Source of the DNA: Gemmatimonadales bacterium
Lineage (GTDB): Bacteria; Gemmatimonadota; Gemmatimonadetes; Gemmatimonadales; GWC2-71-9
Direction: 5' to 3'
Assembly (NCBI GenBank): GCA_965249575.1
Contig: OZ252244.1
Span: 288,001-352,000, forward strand
Length of the DNA stretch: 64,000 nucleotides
The notes under the pieces were generated by a model, which was not told the DNA's origin, searched no databases, and saw nothing but the letters and a program-made list of their open reading frames with translations. The position numbers were made by a program, and so were the translations under genes. The number at the start of each line of letters is the position of its first letter. Positions within the stretch are counted from its first letter, which is position 1. Below, in pieces: positions 10,358 through 20,235 of this stretch.

Positions 10358-10543
10358 TTAGAGGGCGAGACCCAAGGGAAACAGCACACAGTACCCCAGC
10401 ACCAAGAGCATCGGGGCCAATGTGGTATCTCCCTCAGACAGCAGCAGATAACCCACACCCAGCGATATCACGGCCGCCCCGAGCAGAATCGCGTTGATCG
10501 GCCCGAATCGGAGCCGGCCCGGGGAGGTGGTCTTGTCGGGCAT
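10358..10543 (-). CDS. Small two-TM membrane protein (DUF3098-like)
   Basis: 61 aa, two hydrophobic helices, TLAPMLLVLGY motif. Confidence 0.65.
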   Translation of the reverse strand: MPDKTTSPGRLRFGPINAILLGAAVISLGVGYLLLSEGDTTLAPMLLVLGYCVLFPLGLAL

Positions 10544-10576
10544 AGACGTTAAGCGTAAGCCCGAGGTGCAAGTGCG

Positions 10577-11386
10577 TCAAGCACTTGGCCCAGGCTCCTC
10601 GGGGACCACGAGCCAGCCCTCATCGAGCGCCTCTCGGCGCTCTCGGTCGCGGCCTCGCCGCCAGATCCACAGCACGAACAAGACCACCGAGAGCAGGGTC
10701 CAAAACGCCCCAACCGAGGTGACAAATGACAGCCACCCATATCGCCGGGACAGCTCTTTTCGCCACAGGGCCTCGTACTGCGCCAAAGCGACACCGTGAG
10801 TCGTCCGGAGGGCCCGGTCGAAGTCCCGGGTCGCCCGCAGATTGGTAATCAGTGGCTCGAGCCCGCGCTGGCGGTCTATACCCGCGAGGAACTGCACGGC
10901 CGAGGTCGCCAGCGCATAGGCCGCCTTGGCGTGAGATGCACCACTGCGGAGATTCGCGTTCACCCGGTCCAAGGTCGGGGGTTCCCCAACGGCCAGTGCC
11001 CAGTTGACCCGGAGGGCATCGACACGCCCCCACTCCCCAGATGCATAGGCGGCGTAACCCTCGTCGAACCACAGGGGCGCCCTCGACACGGAACTCCGAA
11101 GCGCCAGATGCGCCAACTCGTGTCGGAGCACTTGTCTCGGGTCTCCTGACGTTCGCAGAACGATTGTGTTGGTACCGGGGAACGCTACCCCGGCACTCCA
11201 TGAGGGAACACGACCGCGGGTCACCGAATCAAACCGCTCGGCGGTGGCCGCGAGAATCACGTGAATGGGGCGATCCGAACGATGATCGGGAAGGCCGGGC
11301 CACGGTCCAGCCTGGTCCGCGAGCGCGGCGAGCGCCGTGGCCAACCTTCCCTCCCCTTCCCAGTGCACCGCTCTGATCCGGCCCAC
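10577..11386 (-). CDS. Peptidase MA-like zinc metalloprotease with C-terminal membrane anchor
   Basis: HELAH zinc motif, PLWFDEGYA third ligand, C-terminal TM. An in-frame signal-like stretch (LLGFVLAATVIQA) extends upstream, so the true start is uncertain. Confidence 0.8.
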   Translation of the reverse strand: MGRIRAVHWEGEGRLATALAALADQAGPWPGLPDHRSDRPIHVILAATAERFDSVTRGRVPSWSAGVAFPGTNTIVLRTSGDPRQVLRHELAHLALRSSVSRAPLWFDEGYAAYASGEWGRVDALRVNWALAVGEPPTLDRVNANLRSGASHAKAAYALATSAVQFLAGIDRQRGLEPLITNLRATRDFDRALRTTHGVALAQYEALWRKELSRRYGWLSFVTSVGAFWTLLSVVLFVLWIWRRGRDRERREALDEGWLVVPEEPGPSA

Positions 11387-11433
11387 GTGGACGACTGACG
11401 GAGCCTGGATAACGGTCGCAGCCAGGACGAACC

Positions 11434-12297
11434 CTAGAAGTGTCGCGGCTCCTGCCCCTGTTCGATCGTTTCCAACGCTTCCTTACAGCGTTTCCCCCAT
11501 GGATTGAACTTGTTGGCCGCGTACCCGTCCGCCCACGTCTTCTGAGCGGCATCGCGATCCGCGGCATACCATTCCGACCACCCCAGCTCGTAATAGGCTT
11601 CAATGAGGTTCGGCCCCAACTTCAGCGTCTTGCGGAAGAACGTTTGCGCGTCTTCGTGCATCTCGCGCTCTGAGTACACGAGCCCGAGATAGTAATGGGC
11701 ATAGAGCGTCGCCTTCTTGTCGTTAGCCAGTCGTATAGCCTTCGAAAGGTGCTCGATCGCCTCGCCGAAGATTCGCTTTTTGAGACAGATATACCCGACG
11801 TTGATCCGTGCCAGCGAGTTGGCGGGCTCCTTCATGAGAACCTTCTGGAACGTGGCGAGTGCATCGTCGTAGTCTTCATGCTTCATCTGGGCCCACCCCA
11901 GAAGAGACTCCGCCTGCACGTCCCCAGGGGACAGCGAGAGCGCCTTGTTCAGGGCCTGAATGGCTCCGGCGTAGTCACCCAGCGACAGTAGGTTCCACCC
12001 CTTCTCGATGAAGGTCGACGCGCCGATGTGATCGGCATGGACGACCGGCACCGAACCGGTGAACTGGGGCGCTTGGTCGCCCACCTGTCCCTGGGCAATC
12101 TGCTTGTACTTGTCCACCAGAACGCGGATGTCTTCCTTCAGAGCCGACAGATCGGTAATCGACTGGTCCACGGTCTTGAAGAGCGTGATAATCTCGCGTT
12201 TGACTGCTTCACGCTCATCTCCGGTGCCGAGCGTCTCGAGCTTGTTGGCTATGGCCTGGTAGTTCGACCGCAGCGTAGCAACGATCGAGTCATTCAT
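11434..12297 (-). CDS. Coiled-coil + TPR protein
   Basis: N-terminal heptad helix followed by about 5 TPRs. Confidence 0.85.
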   Translation of the reverse strand: MNDSIVATLRSNYQAIANKLETLGTGDEREAVKREIITLFKTVDQSITDLSALKEDIRVLVDKYKQIAQGQVGDQAPQFTGSVPVVHADHIGASTFIEKGWNLLSLGDYAGAIQALNKALSLSPGDVQAESLLGWAQMKHEDYDDALATFQKVLMKEPANSLARINVGYICLKKRIFGEAIEHLSKAIRLANDKKATLYAHYYLGLVYSEREMHEDAQTFFRKTLKLGPNLIEAYYELGWSEWYAADRDAAQKTWADGYAANKFNPWGKRCKEALETIEQGQEPRHF

Positions 12298-12766
12298 GGG
12301 CCGCCTCCGCCATCAGTTGATCGAGTTCGAGCCGTTCCGTGGACGAGAGCAGCTTGCGCGCGGCGAGCATGATAACCATGTGTTCCCCGAGCGAGGCTAG
12401 CCCCGTGATGTACTCGGCCGCCAGACCACGGACCAGGGCCGGCGGCGGCTTGATCGCATCAGCCTCAACCCGGAGCACTTCCGACACCGCATCGACCACC
12501 ACGCCGACGCGCTCGTCGTCCCATGCCAAGATCATGATCCGTGTCTCCGGGTGTAAAGCGGCCGCCACACTCAGGCGCTTCCTGAGATCGACCACAGGGA
12601 CCACACCGTCGCCGTACGCCAATACCCCTTCGAGGAACACGGGTGCCTTGGGTAAGGGGGACGGAGCCTTGAACTCCAGGATCCGTTCCGCTTCGAAGAT
12701 GTTGATCGCGAAGTCTTGCTTCGCCACGCGAAAGCGGACCAGTTGGATGCGATCCTCTGTACTCAC
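12290..12766 (-). CDS. cheW: Chemotaxis adaptor CheW
   Basis: QLVRFRV, PLPKAPVFLEGVL, VVPVVDL, VGVVVDAVSEV. Confidence 0.92.
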   Translation of the reverse strand: MSTEDRIQLVRFRVAKQDFAINIFEAERILEFKAPSPLPKAPVFLEGVLAYGDGVVPVVDLRKRLSVAAALHPETRIMILAWDDERVGVVVDAVSEVLRVEADAIKPPPALVRGLAAEYITGLASLGEHMVIMLAARKLLSSTERLELDQLMAEAAHE

Positions 12767-13191
12767 GATCTGCCGCCTTCGGTTTCAGCTAGGCGCTCCG
12801 CCACCGCGCCGAGATCCAGAATCGGTATCAACTCGTCGCAGTAGCGTGCGACCGCACCCGCCCATGGCACCTGCCAGCCACTGGGGACCGGGAGTGGCGC
12901 TTCCCGCACCAAGTCGTCAATGTCGTCCACCTCGAGCGCAATCCGCCTGTCCCCGCTGCGGGTGAGTACAAAGGACTCCGCCGGTTCCGCTGGCAACCCC
13001 TCTCCGCCGAGCAGGGCGCCAAGCCCAATCAGCGGTACGTGCCACTGGCGAAACGGCATCACCCCGCGCACTGCGCGATGGGCGGCGGGCACTGCGACGA
13101 CCGGGACGGTCTCCGCCACTTCCACGACGTCGGTGAGGGGCACTCCGTACCGCCACTTCCCCGTCCGTACGACCAGGTATCCGCTGCTCAC
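12763..13191 (-). CDS. cheW: Divergent CheW-like protein
   Basis: [41 protein letters not shown]. Confidence 0.8.
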   Translation of the reverse strand: MSSGYLVVRTGKWRYGVPLTDVVEVAETVPVVAVPAAHRAVRGVMPFRQWHVPLIGLGALLGGEGLPAEPAESFVLTRSGDRRIALEVDDIDDLVREAPLPVPSGWQVPWAGAVARYCDELIPILDLGAVAERLAETEGGRS

Positions 13192-14276
13192 GGCACCGGC
13201 CGGCCAGCCAAGACCGCGTCGATCTTTGCAGCGATCTGCCCAAGTGGAACGACTTCGTCGGCCCCACCCGCGGCGATCGCCGCCTGCGGCATCCCAAAAA
13301 TGACGGATGAGTCTCGATCTTGCACGAGTCCCGTTCCTCCCGCATTCGATATCGCCAGCAAGCCCTCCGCCCCGTCCTGTCCCATTCCGGTGAGCACCAC
13401 ACCGACTGTGGCTGACCCGAAGACGTGGGCGACCGAACTGAACAGCGGGTCCGCCGCCGGACGCACCCCCCAGAGTGGCGCTTCCTGGCCGAGGAGAATG
13501 ACCGGACCGTCTCCTCCCTCCCGGACCTGCATGTGGTAATCGCCGGGGGCGATGTACACCGTATCGACGAGAACGGGAGCGCCATCGTCTGCCTCAACGA
13601 CCTGCATCGCGCTCGACTGGTTCAGACGCTCCGCCAGGCTCCGAGTGAACTTGGGAGGCATGTGCTGCACCACGAGCACCGCCGCACCCCTCCCTGGTTC
13701 CAGACGAGGCACGATTTCCGCCAACGCGCGCGGGCCGCCGGTGCTCGCGGCAATCGCCACAGCGATGCGAGCTCGTCCGGGAACCGCGCTCTCCCACGAC
13801 CGGCGCTCCGGGCGTCGTGGCACCCGGGCGAGCACCGACACGCGGGAGGGGTCGGCCGATCGCGCCGCCTCCAGCGCCCCAACCAGCGACGGCCCCATGC
13901 TCTCTAGCGCCGCGCGATCCGACCGCGAGGGCTTCGCCACCACTTCGACGGCGCCGAGCTCGAGCGCGCGGATGGCCGCCGCCGTCCCCGGTCCCACGTG
14001 CGCGCTTATCACGATGATGGGCCTGGGAGCCTCGGACATGATGTACCCAATGGCCCCCAACCCGTCGAGCACGGGCATCTCAAGATCCATGGTCACGATG
14101 TCGGGCTCGAGGCGATGCACCTTCGCCACAGCATCTTCCCCGTTTCTCGCGGTCCCGACGACCTCGAACCGGCTCGACCGATCGATCACATCGGTCAACA
14201 CCTGCCGCATGAGCGCACTGTCATCCACGACCAGAACGGACAGAACGCCTTCAGATAATGGCGGATTCACAGCCAA
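13188..14276 (-). CDS. cheB: Chemotaxis response regulator methylesterase CheB
   Basis: Receiver (VVDDS, DLEMP) plus [19 protein letters not shown] catalytic motifs. Confidence 0.97.
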   Translation of the reverse strand: MAVNPPLSEGVLSVLVVDDSALMRQVLTDVIDRSSRFEVVGTARNGEDAVAKVHRLEPDIVTMDLEMPVLDGLGAIGYIMSEAPRPIIVISAHVGPGTAAAIRALELGAVEVVAKPSRSDRAALESMGPSLVGALEAARSADPSRVSVLARVPRRPERRSWESAVPGRARIAVAIAASTGGPRALAEIVPRLEPGRGAAVLVVQHMPPKFTRSLAERLNQSSAMQVVEADDGAPVLVDTVYIAPGDYHMQVREGGDGPVILLGQEAPLWGVRPAADPLFSSVAHVFGSATVGVVLTGMGQDGAEGLLAISNAGGTGLVQDRDSSVIFGMPQAAIAAGGADEVVPLGQIAAKIDAVLAGRPVP

Positions 14277-14745
14277 CCGATCGTACGGTGACGACCCCGT
14301 TCGCGACGTCGAACCACACGGACCGGCCGCGATCGCCGCCGACCGCTTCGGCCACGAGGGGGATGGCGGCCCGGCGGAGCCCTAACCGGCACGCCACGAT
14401 GTTTCGCTCCCCCATCGGCAGCTGACCGGCGGGGATCAGGGATGCGAACATGCTCGCCCCACCCACAAGTCTCGCCCGAACACGGCGAAGGTCGGCGCCC
14501 GCCTCCCCCAACGCCGCGGCGAGAATCGGGATCGCCGTTTCGGCACTCCGCGCCGGTTTACTCTGGTCCCGAGTAAGGGAGGCGGATGGAAGCAGAACGT
14601 GAGCCAACCCGCCCACCGTTAGCTCTGCGTCGTACAGAATGACGGCGACGCAGCTTCCCAGCCCAAACGAGACCAACGTGCCGGTCTTCTTGGCGACTTC
14701 GAATTCGCCCATTCGCACCACGTGGTCGACGGCGGTCGCAGTCAC
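14251..14745 (-). CDS. cheD: Chemoreceptor glutamine deamidase CheD
   Basis: GLGSCVA...[25 protein letters not shown]. Confidence 0.95.
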   Translation of the reverse strand: MTATAVDHVVRMGEFEVAKKTGTLVSFGLGSCVAVILYDAELTVGGLAHVLLPSASLTRDQSKPARSAETAIPILAAALGEAGADLRRVRARLVGGASMFASLIPAGQLPMGERNIVACRLGLRRAAIPLVAEAVGGDRGRSVWFDVANGVVTVRSVGCESAII

Positions 14746-15557
14746 CGTCCCCGGTAGATCCGCTCCCTCGGATCCTCCAGTTGCAGTCGGTCGCGGGCCG
14801 GACCAACGATCGTCTCGACCTTTCCCAACACCAGAAAACCGCCCGGAGTGAGCGCCTCCGCGAACGCGTGATAGAGCCGTTCCTGCATCGCGCGCTCGAA
14901 ATAGATCATGACGTTGCGGCAGATGATCAGGTCGTACTCAGCTCGTGGCGCAGCATCACAGGTGATGTCGTGACGCCGAAAACGTACGAGCCGGCGCACT
15001 TCGGGAAGAACCTGCACCTCGTCGCCACCCGTGAAGTAGCACCCCACCAGCGACGGGGTGAGCTCCGCGACGGCCTTCCGCGGATAGACGCCCCGTTCCG
15101 CCGTGCGCAGGCTGGGTGCGTCGATGTCGGTGGCGTCGATGTGGGCCGGCACTTCCAGTCCTAGCTGCGCTCTTCGCGCATGCTCCAGCCACACGATGGC
15201 CAGCGTATAGGCTTCCTCCCCAGTGGCGCACCCAACCGACCAGCACCGAGGGGCGTGGCGTCGGTGAGTACCGAGCTCGGGGAGACAGCGTGCGGCGACC
15301 GCCTCCCACGTCTCTGGATTCCGGTAGAAGCCGGTGACGTTTATGGTCAGCGCGGTGAGAAACCGCTCGTACTCCCGTTCATCCGTGTCCAGACGTGCGG
15401 AGTATTCGGCGAAGGTGCGCACACCGAGTGCCCGCATGCGTGTGGCGAGCCGCCGACGAAGGCAACTCTCCTTGTAGGATTCGCATACCACGCCGCGCGC
15501 CTCGGCGACTTTTCGCAAGAGCGCGGAGAGATCTGGATCGCGGTCGCTTGCGGTCAC
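14742..15557 (-). CDS. cheR: Chemotaxis methyltransferase CheR
   Basis: LTINVTGFYRN, WSVGCATGEEAYT, ATDID, CRNVMIYF; start at GTG 15557 (GTGA overlap). Confidence 0.96.
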   Translation of the reverse strand: MTASDRDPDLSALLRKVAEARGVVCESYKESCLRRRLATRMRALGVRTFAEYSARLDTDEREYERFLTALTINVTGFYRNPETWEAVAARCLPELGTHRRHAPRCWSVGCATGEEAYTLAIVWLEHARRAQLGLEVPAHIDATDIDAPSLRTAERGVYPRKAVAELTPSLVGCYFTGGDEVQVLPEVRRLVRFRRHDITCDAAPRAEYDLIICRNVMIYFERAMQERLYHAFAEALTPGGFLVLGKVETIVGPARDRLQLEDPRERIYRGR

Positions 15558-16822
15558 GCAAGCGCGCTCATTGTATCGAGGTTCGTGCGGGCAAGCTCGT
15601 GACGCGGGTTCAGTTCGAGCGCGGTCTTCCACAGCGCGCCGGCCAGGTCGCAGTCTTGCCGCTTGTAGGCGATGTTGCCGAGCTTGAAATACACATCGTC
15701 ACCCAGCTGAGGCTGGAGCTTTACCGCGCGCTGATACGCCTCCCACGCCTCTTCGTAGTCGCCGCGCCGATACAGCAGATCGCCGAGATTCTTCCAAGGC
15801 TGAGGCAATGAGGGTTCGTCGGCCAGCGCCGCGCGCACGATCTCTTCCGCCTGTTCGACGTCTCCCAGGATTTCCAAGAGCACGGCGAGGTTGTTTCGGA
15901 GCACCGCGTGCTTGGGGTAGGCTTCGAGCCCCTCACGGAGAATCGCCTCCGCGTCATCGAGCGCATCCTGCCCCGCCGCAGCGAGCGAGCGGGCCCAATA
16001 CCACAGGGCCGGAAGCTGCCTTTCCCCCGCGATTTCGCGTGCCCGGTCGAGTCGGCCGATCGCGACCTGAAATTCGTTCCGGGCCAGGCCGGCAATGCCC
16101 CACCCAATCATCACACGATAGTCATGCCGAGCCCGGGAGGCCGCTTCTCCGTATGCGGCCTCGGCTTCGTCGAGCCTGCCAACTTGCTCGTAGCTAAATG
16201 CGAGGTTGTGCAGTACCGACGCGCGCCCCCCAAGCCGTTGGATCTGTTGTTGTTCGTCCGTCAGTTGGACCTGCGAGGCCGCCAGCCGGTCCTTATCCAG
16301 CGCGAAGATCAACTCGAAGGAAGGGACTTTCTTTTCGATCAGGCTCCACTCGTCGATCCGCCGCGCACCCTCCAGGAGGAGAGACTCCGGGTTGATGGAA
16401 ACCAGGAAATCTTGCCGCTCAGGCTTGACGTCGGTTTCGAAGTTGAACGTGCCCTGTGTCCAGGTAAACAGGAAATAAACCGCCTCTTCGATCTGGCCCC
16501 GCATGCCGCTCTCCAAGTCGTCGCGTGTCACGGCGCCGTCGGAGATCAACAACTCGCCGAGGCGCTTGTCTCGATTTTCCCCCTGAAGCTGAACGGCTTG
16601 ATCGAGCTGTTCCTGCGTGATCTTGCCGTTCTTGACGAGCAGATCGCCGATCCGATCGCGCCGGTTCACGATCGAGGCGTAACAGATGCGCCCGCGATCG
16701 AAATAGATGTATCCGAAGCTGCTCCGATCTGCGACCGAAAGGCATCCGGTTTTCTGACCGAGCGCGAGCAATTGGAGCACGTCCGCCAGCGACGCTTCCT
16801 TGAGACTTCCCTTGATCGCCAC
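15554..16822 (-). CDS. DUF4388/PATAN + MshEN-like + TPR protein
   Basis: N-terminal GSLKEASLADVLQLL...KTGCL...GYIYFDRGRI, two R(L/I)GxxLxxxG...Q motifs, C-terminal TPRs. Confidence 0.85.
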   Translation of the reverse strand: MAIKGSLKEASLADVLQLLALGQKTGCLSVADRSSFGYIYFDRGRICYASIVNRRDRIGDLLVKNGKITQEQLDQAVQLQGENRDKRLGELLISDGAVTRDDLESGMRGQIEEAVYFLFTWTQGTFNFETDVKPERQDFLVSINPESLLLEGARRIDEWSLIEKKVPSFELIFALDKDRLAASQVQLTDEQQQIQRLGGRASVLHNLAFSYEQVGRLDEAEAAYGEAASRARHDYRVMIGWGIAGLARNEFQVAIGRLDRAREIAGERQLPALWYWARSLAAAGQDALDDAEAILREGLEAYPKHAVLRNNLAVLLEILGDVEQAEEIVRAALADEPSLPQPWKNLGDLLYRRGDYEEAWEAYQRAVKLQPQLGDDVYFKLGNIAYKRQDCDLAGALWKTALELNPRHELARTNLDTMSALA

Positions 16823-18818
16823 TAGGAGAGCTCCTCAACGAGCCGCTCCTGAGGCTCCGGCCACCTCCACACCATCTTCTCCCGACTCCGGATTCCGCCC
16901 ATCGGAGCCGTCATCAGTCCGCTCGTCAGTCCGCTCGTCCGCACACCCACCGACGGCCGGCGCCTGGGCTCCGCAGCCCCTTCGAGTAGTTCCCGTGCCA
17001 GAGCCGCACTCGGAGGGACCTCCTTGGCTTCCGCCGACCGCAACACCCGCTGGACCAGCGCGAGCAAGCTTCGGACGGATTCCGCCGGCCGGTCGGCCAT
17101 GTAATTGACCAAATCCTCGTCCACGAGACCCAGGCGTTCCGTCAACTGCCCGGAGACGATGGCGAGCCGCAGGTCCCTATCTGGGGGAGGCAGTACTGCG
17201 AGCAAGCCCCCCTCCATTCGGGACACGAGGCGGTCGTTGAGGCCGTCCACCTCACGGGGCGGCTGCTTGAGCGTGAACACCATCTGGCGCTGGGAGTCGT
17301 GCAACAAGTTGAAGAGGTTGAACAACTCCTCCTGCGAGCGGACCTTGCCCGTGAGAAGATGCACGTCGTCCAGGAGGAACGCGGTCGCACGACGGTAACG
17401 CGATCGCCAGGCGTCGACTCGGTTGGCGTCAATGGCTTGCACCAACTCGTCCAGATAGTCCTGTGCCGATAGACACGCGACCAACGCCCCCGGGGCAACG
17501 GCGAGGGCATGTCCGATCCCGTGCAGGAGATGGGTCTTCCCCACCCCAGCCGGCCCGACCAGCACGAGTGGGTTGTACAGGCTCCCCGGTTGCTCCGCCA
17601 CCGCGCGGGCGCCGCTCAGCGCGAGCTTGTTCGACTCGCCGTCCACGAAGTCCTCAAACGCCCACGCCGTGGATGGCCCCGGGGGCGGTGTGAGTCCCTC
17701 CTTCGCTTGCTGGACCAGCTCCTCGGCCTCGGCGACGCGATCAGGATTGCGAAACACCGCGTCTCCGGCCGCGCCGGCATCGAGCCCGGCCATCTCCGTC
17801 TCGAGCTTCTGCAACCGTCCGACGTCGCGCTCGAACTCCTTGACCGAAGCCTCCGCTGCGCTCGAGGCTCCCTGATCGAGGACTTTCGAGAGACGCGCCG
17901 TCCGGTATCCCTCTCCCTCCCAGCGCATGATCGTTTCGCTGAGACGGACCTTCCATGATTCCACCTGCTGCGTCACCGTTTCCGTGACGTCGCTCATGAA
18001 CGCCGCAAACTCGTCGGCGGGCGCGTCCGCCGCCTGCGGGGCCAGGCTCGGCGCGGGTTCCGCTGGTGGCGCCGCACCCGGACCGGCATCGGCTTGCTCC
18101 TCCTCGCCCCCCAAAAGGGCTACGACCGCCTCCGGCGATACCGGCGTGTCGTCACCGCCTGGAACGCAAGGAGACGATTCAGAGCTCCGAGCAGCTCGCG
18201 CACGTTGCCGACCTCTATCCCGGCCACTGCCTCCAGGACTCCGTCACCGAACGTTCCACCGCGCTCGTCTGCCCGACGCCGGAGGATTGCAAGCCGGGTC
18301 TCGAACTCCGGCTGGCCGATATCCACCACGAGCCCGCCCGAGAACCGTGCGATGAGCCGCTCATCGAGATCTGCGATCTCACTGGGTGGGCGGTCACTGG
18401 CCAACACCATCTGCCGACCACTAGCTTGGAGCGCGTTGGTCAAACGCAGCAACTCCGCTTGCATTTCCTTCCGGTTGGCCAAGAAGTGCACGTCGTCCAC
18501 CAACAGGATGTCGACTTCCCCAAACCGGTGCCGGAACGCCTCGCTCTGACCGGCCGCGACGGCGGCGTGGAACGCTTCGACGAACTCCTCGAGAGTGAGG
18601 TACTCAACCGACAGGCTTGGCGTGACGTTCTTCGCATGCTGCCCGACGGCCATGAGCAGATGCGTTTTCCCAAGTCCGGTCGCGCTGTAAATGAACAGGG
18701 GGTTATAGGCCGTACCCGGCGACTCCGCGACCGCGCCGGCCGCTCGCACGGCCAGCCCGTTGTTGGCCCCGACGACGAAGCTATCGAAGCTGAACTTCGG
18801 ATTGAGGTCGACTGTCAC
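16822..18818 (-). CDS. Tandem DnaA/Hda-like double AAA+ ATPase, split by a 1-nt frameshift near 18151 (ORFs 18120-18818 and 16822-18114)
   Basis: Two DnaA domain III modules (FDSFVVGANN..YNPLFIY..GLGKTHL..DDVH; FEDFVDGESN..YNPLVL..GVGKTHL..DDVH). Adding one base after FQAV gives continuous xDTPVSPEAVVALLGGEE. Confidence 0.85.
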
Positions 18819-19414
18819 CTCGAGCCGTCCTCGCTGAGCTTGCGGAGCACCCGCTCCGAGATCCCCTTCAGGGTCTCGAACACGCCGCGCCCGCTGAGCG
18901 CATCGGCGCCAAAACTCGGCGCGTCACGGAAGTTGATCGCATCATCGAGCTCGGGCGGAGTGAGAACGAGCTCGCTCGGGAGATCCTGTTTGTTGTACTG
19001 GAGCACCAGCGGCATGGTGCGAGCATCGATTGACTGCTCGAGCAGATTCTCGTGTAGGTTCTGCAGACTCTCGATGTTCTCGTCCAGCTGACGGGCCTGG
19101 CTGTCGGCCACGAACACGACGCCGTCTGCTCCCTGCAAAACGAGTTTCCGGGTGGCGTTGTAGTAGACCTGGCCGGGTACCGCGTACAGCTGAAACCGAG
19201 TGGCGAATCCGGAGATGGACCCCAGATCGATCGGGAGGAAATCGAAAAAGAGTGTTCGATCTGTCTGGGTCGCGAGCGAGACCATGCGACCACGCCGCTG
19301 TTCAGGCACCCGGCCATAGATGTAGTTGAGATTACTCGTCTTTCCAGAGCGTCCCGGACCGTAGTAAACGATCTTGCAAGTGATTTCCCTGGTCGTGAAG
19401 TTGACGAGGGACAT
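18815..19414 (-). CDS. mglA: MglA-family small Ras-like GTPase
   Basis: REITCKIVYYGPGRSGKTSN, TDRTLFFDF, VPGQ, GADGVVFVADS, NKQD. Confidence 0.95.
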   Translation of the reverse strand: MSLVNFTTREITCKIVYYGPGRSGKTSNLNYIYGRVPEQRRGRMVSLATQTDRTLFFDFLPIDLGSISGFATRFQLYAVPGQVYYNATRKLVLQGADGVVFVADSQARQLDENIESLQNLHENLLEQSIDARTMPLVLQYNKQDLPSELVLTPPELDDAINFRDAPSFGADALSGRGVFETLKGISERVLRKLSEDGSR

Positions 19415-19417
19415 GGC

Positions 19418-19888
19418 CTATCCACCGAAGAGGGTAGCGAGACTCTTGTTGAGCTCGCGCTCGAAGTCGGCCGCGAGCACCGGTTTCGAGGGCGTCTGGT
19501 CAGGACAGGCGGACGCGAGCTCGCGCGCGAACTCTTCGAAAAACAACTGGACGATCCCGATGGACGAGTCCGTCCCGTATACGACCAGCACCAGCAAAGG
19601 GCCTCTCGGCGTCGTCAGCCCGCCGAGGAAGATCCCGTGTCTCGAACCCTGGTGGTTGAGTACCCGGAAGCTCGATTGCTCCACCATCTTCGTGATTTCC
19701 GCCGTCGACGAGACGATGGCGGCTCCGAGCGCGGCGGCGGCCATGACGTCGACGGCGCGAGTGAAGCCGTGCTGTGCAAGCACCTGTCCGGCCGGCGTCA
19801 TCAGCAGCGTGAACCGCGCGCCCACCTCGGCGACGAAGCGCTCAACGGGCTTAATCGCCCAGGGCTCGACCGCTTTCGTGAGGCTCAC
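19418..19888 (-). CDS. mglB: MglB-like roadblock/LC7 protein
   Basis: Directly upstream of mglA; LLMTPAGQVLAQHG, AAALGAAIVSSTAEI, LVVYGTDSSIGIV, C-terminal helix. Confidence 0.8.
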   Translation of the reverse strand: MSLTKAVEPWAIKPVERFVAEVGARFTLLMTPAGQVLAQHGFTRAVDVMAAAALGAAIVSSTAEITKMVEQSSFRVLNHQGSRHGIFLGGLTTPRGPLLVLVVYGTDSSIGIVQLFFEEFARELASACPDQTPSKPVLAADFERELNKSLATLFGG

Positions 19889-20235
19889 ACAATCTCCTCG
19901 GCAGCCCGGAGCATCTCGAGCCGGACTAGCCCGATGTTCACTCGCGCGTCGGCTACCGCCACCACGAGCGTCCCATCCGCGGCGGGGACCGCTAGCACCG
20001 CCCCGTCACCGGCCTGGAGATGTACGAATTGAAGCAACCCCGCTCCCGCGGCCTCCACGGCACGGCGGAAGCGCAACACCAGGCTCGCGGTCAGTGCCGC
20101 GACGGCGTTGCCGCGGACGCCTTTCATGAGCGATTCGGCAATGATCAGCCCGTCCTCGCCCGCAACGAGAATCGCGCCGCGCACGCCGCGCACCCGCGTG
20201 ATGTTGTCGAGCACTCTCCGGTAACGACTCGTCAC
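19885..20235 (-). CDS. Roadblock/LC7 domain protein
   Basis: GVRGAILVAGEDGLIIA...VNIGLVRLEM; start at GTG 20235 (GTGA overlap). Confidence 0.88.
   Translation of the reverse strand: MTSRYRRVLDNITRVRGVRGAILVAGEDGLIIAESLMKGVRGNAVAALTASLVLRFRRAVEAAGAGLLQFVHLQAGDGAVLAVPAADGTLVVAVADARVNIGLVRLEMLRAAEEIV

Noticed and set aside
16822..18818. Calling this the replication initiator dnaA or an oriC region
   Set aside because: No domain I or IV, no dnaN/recF/gyrB nearby, and no AT-rich intergenic region or DnaA-box cluster seen.
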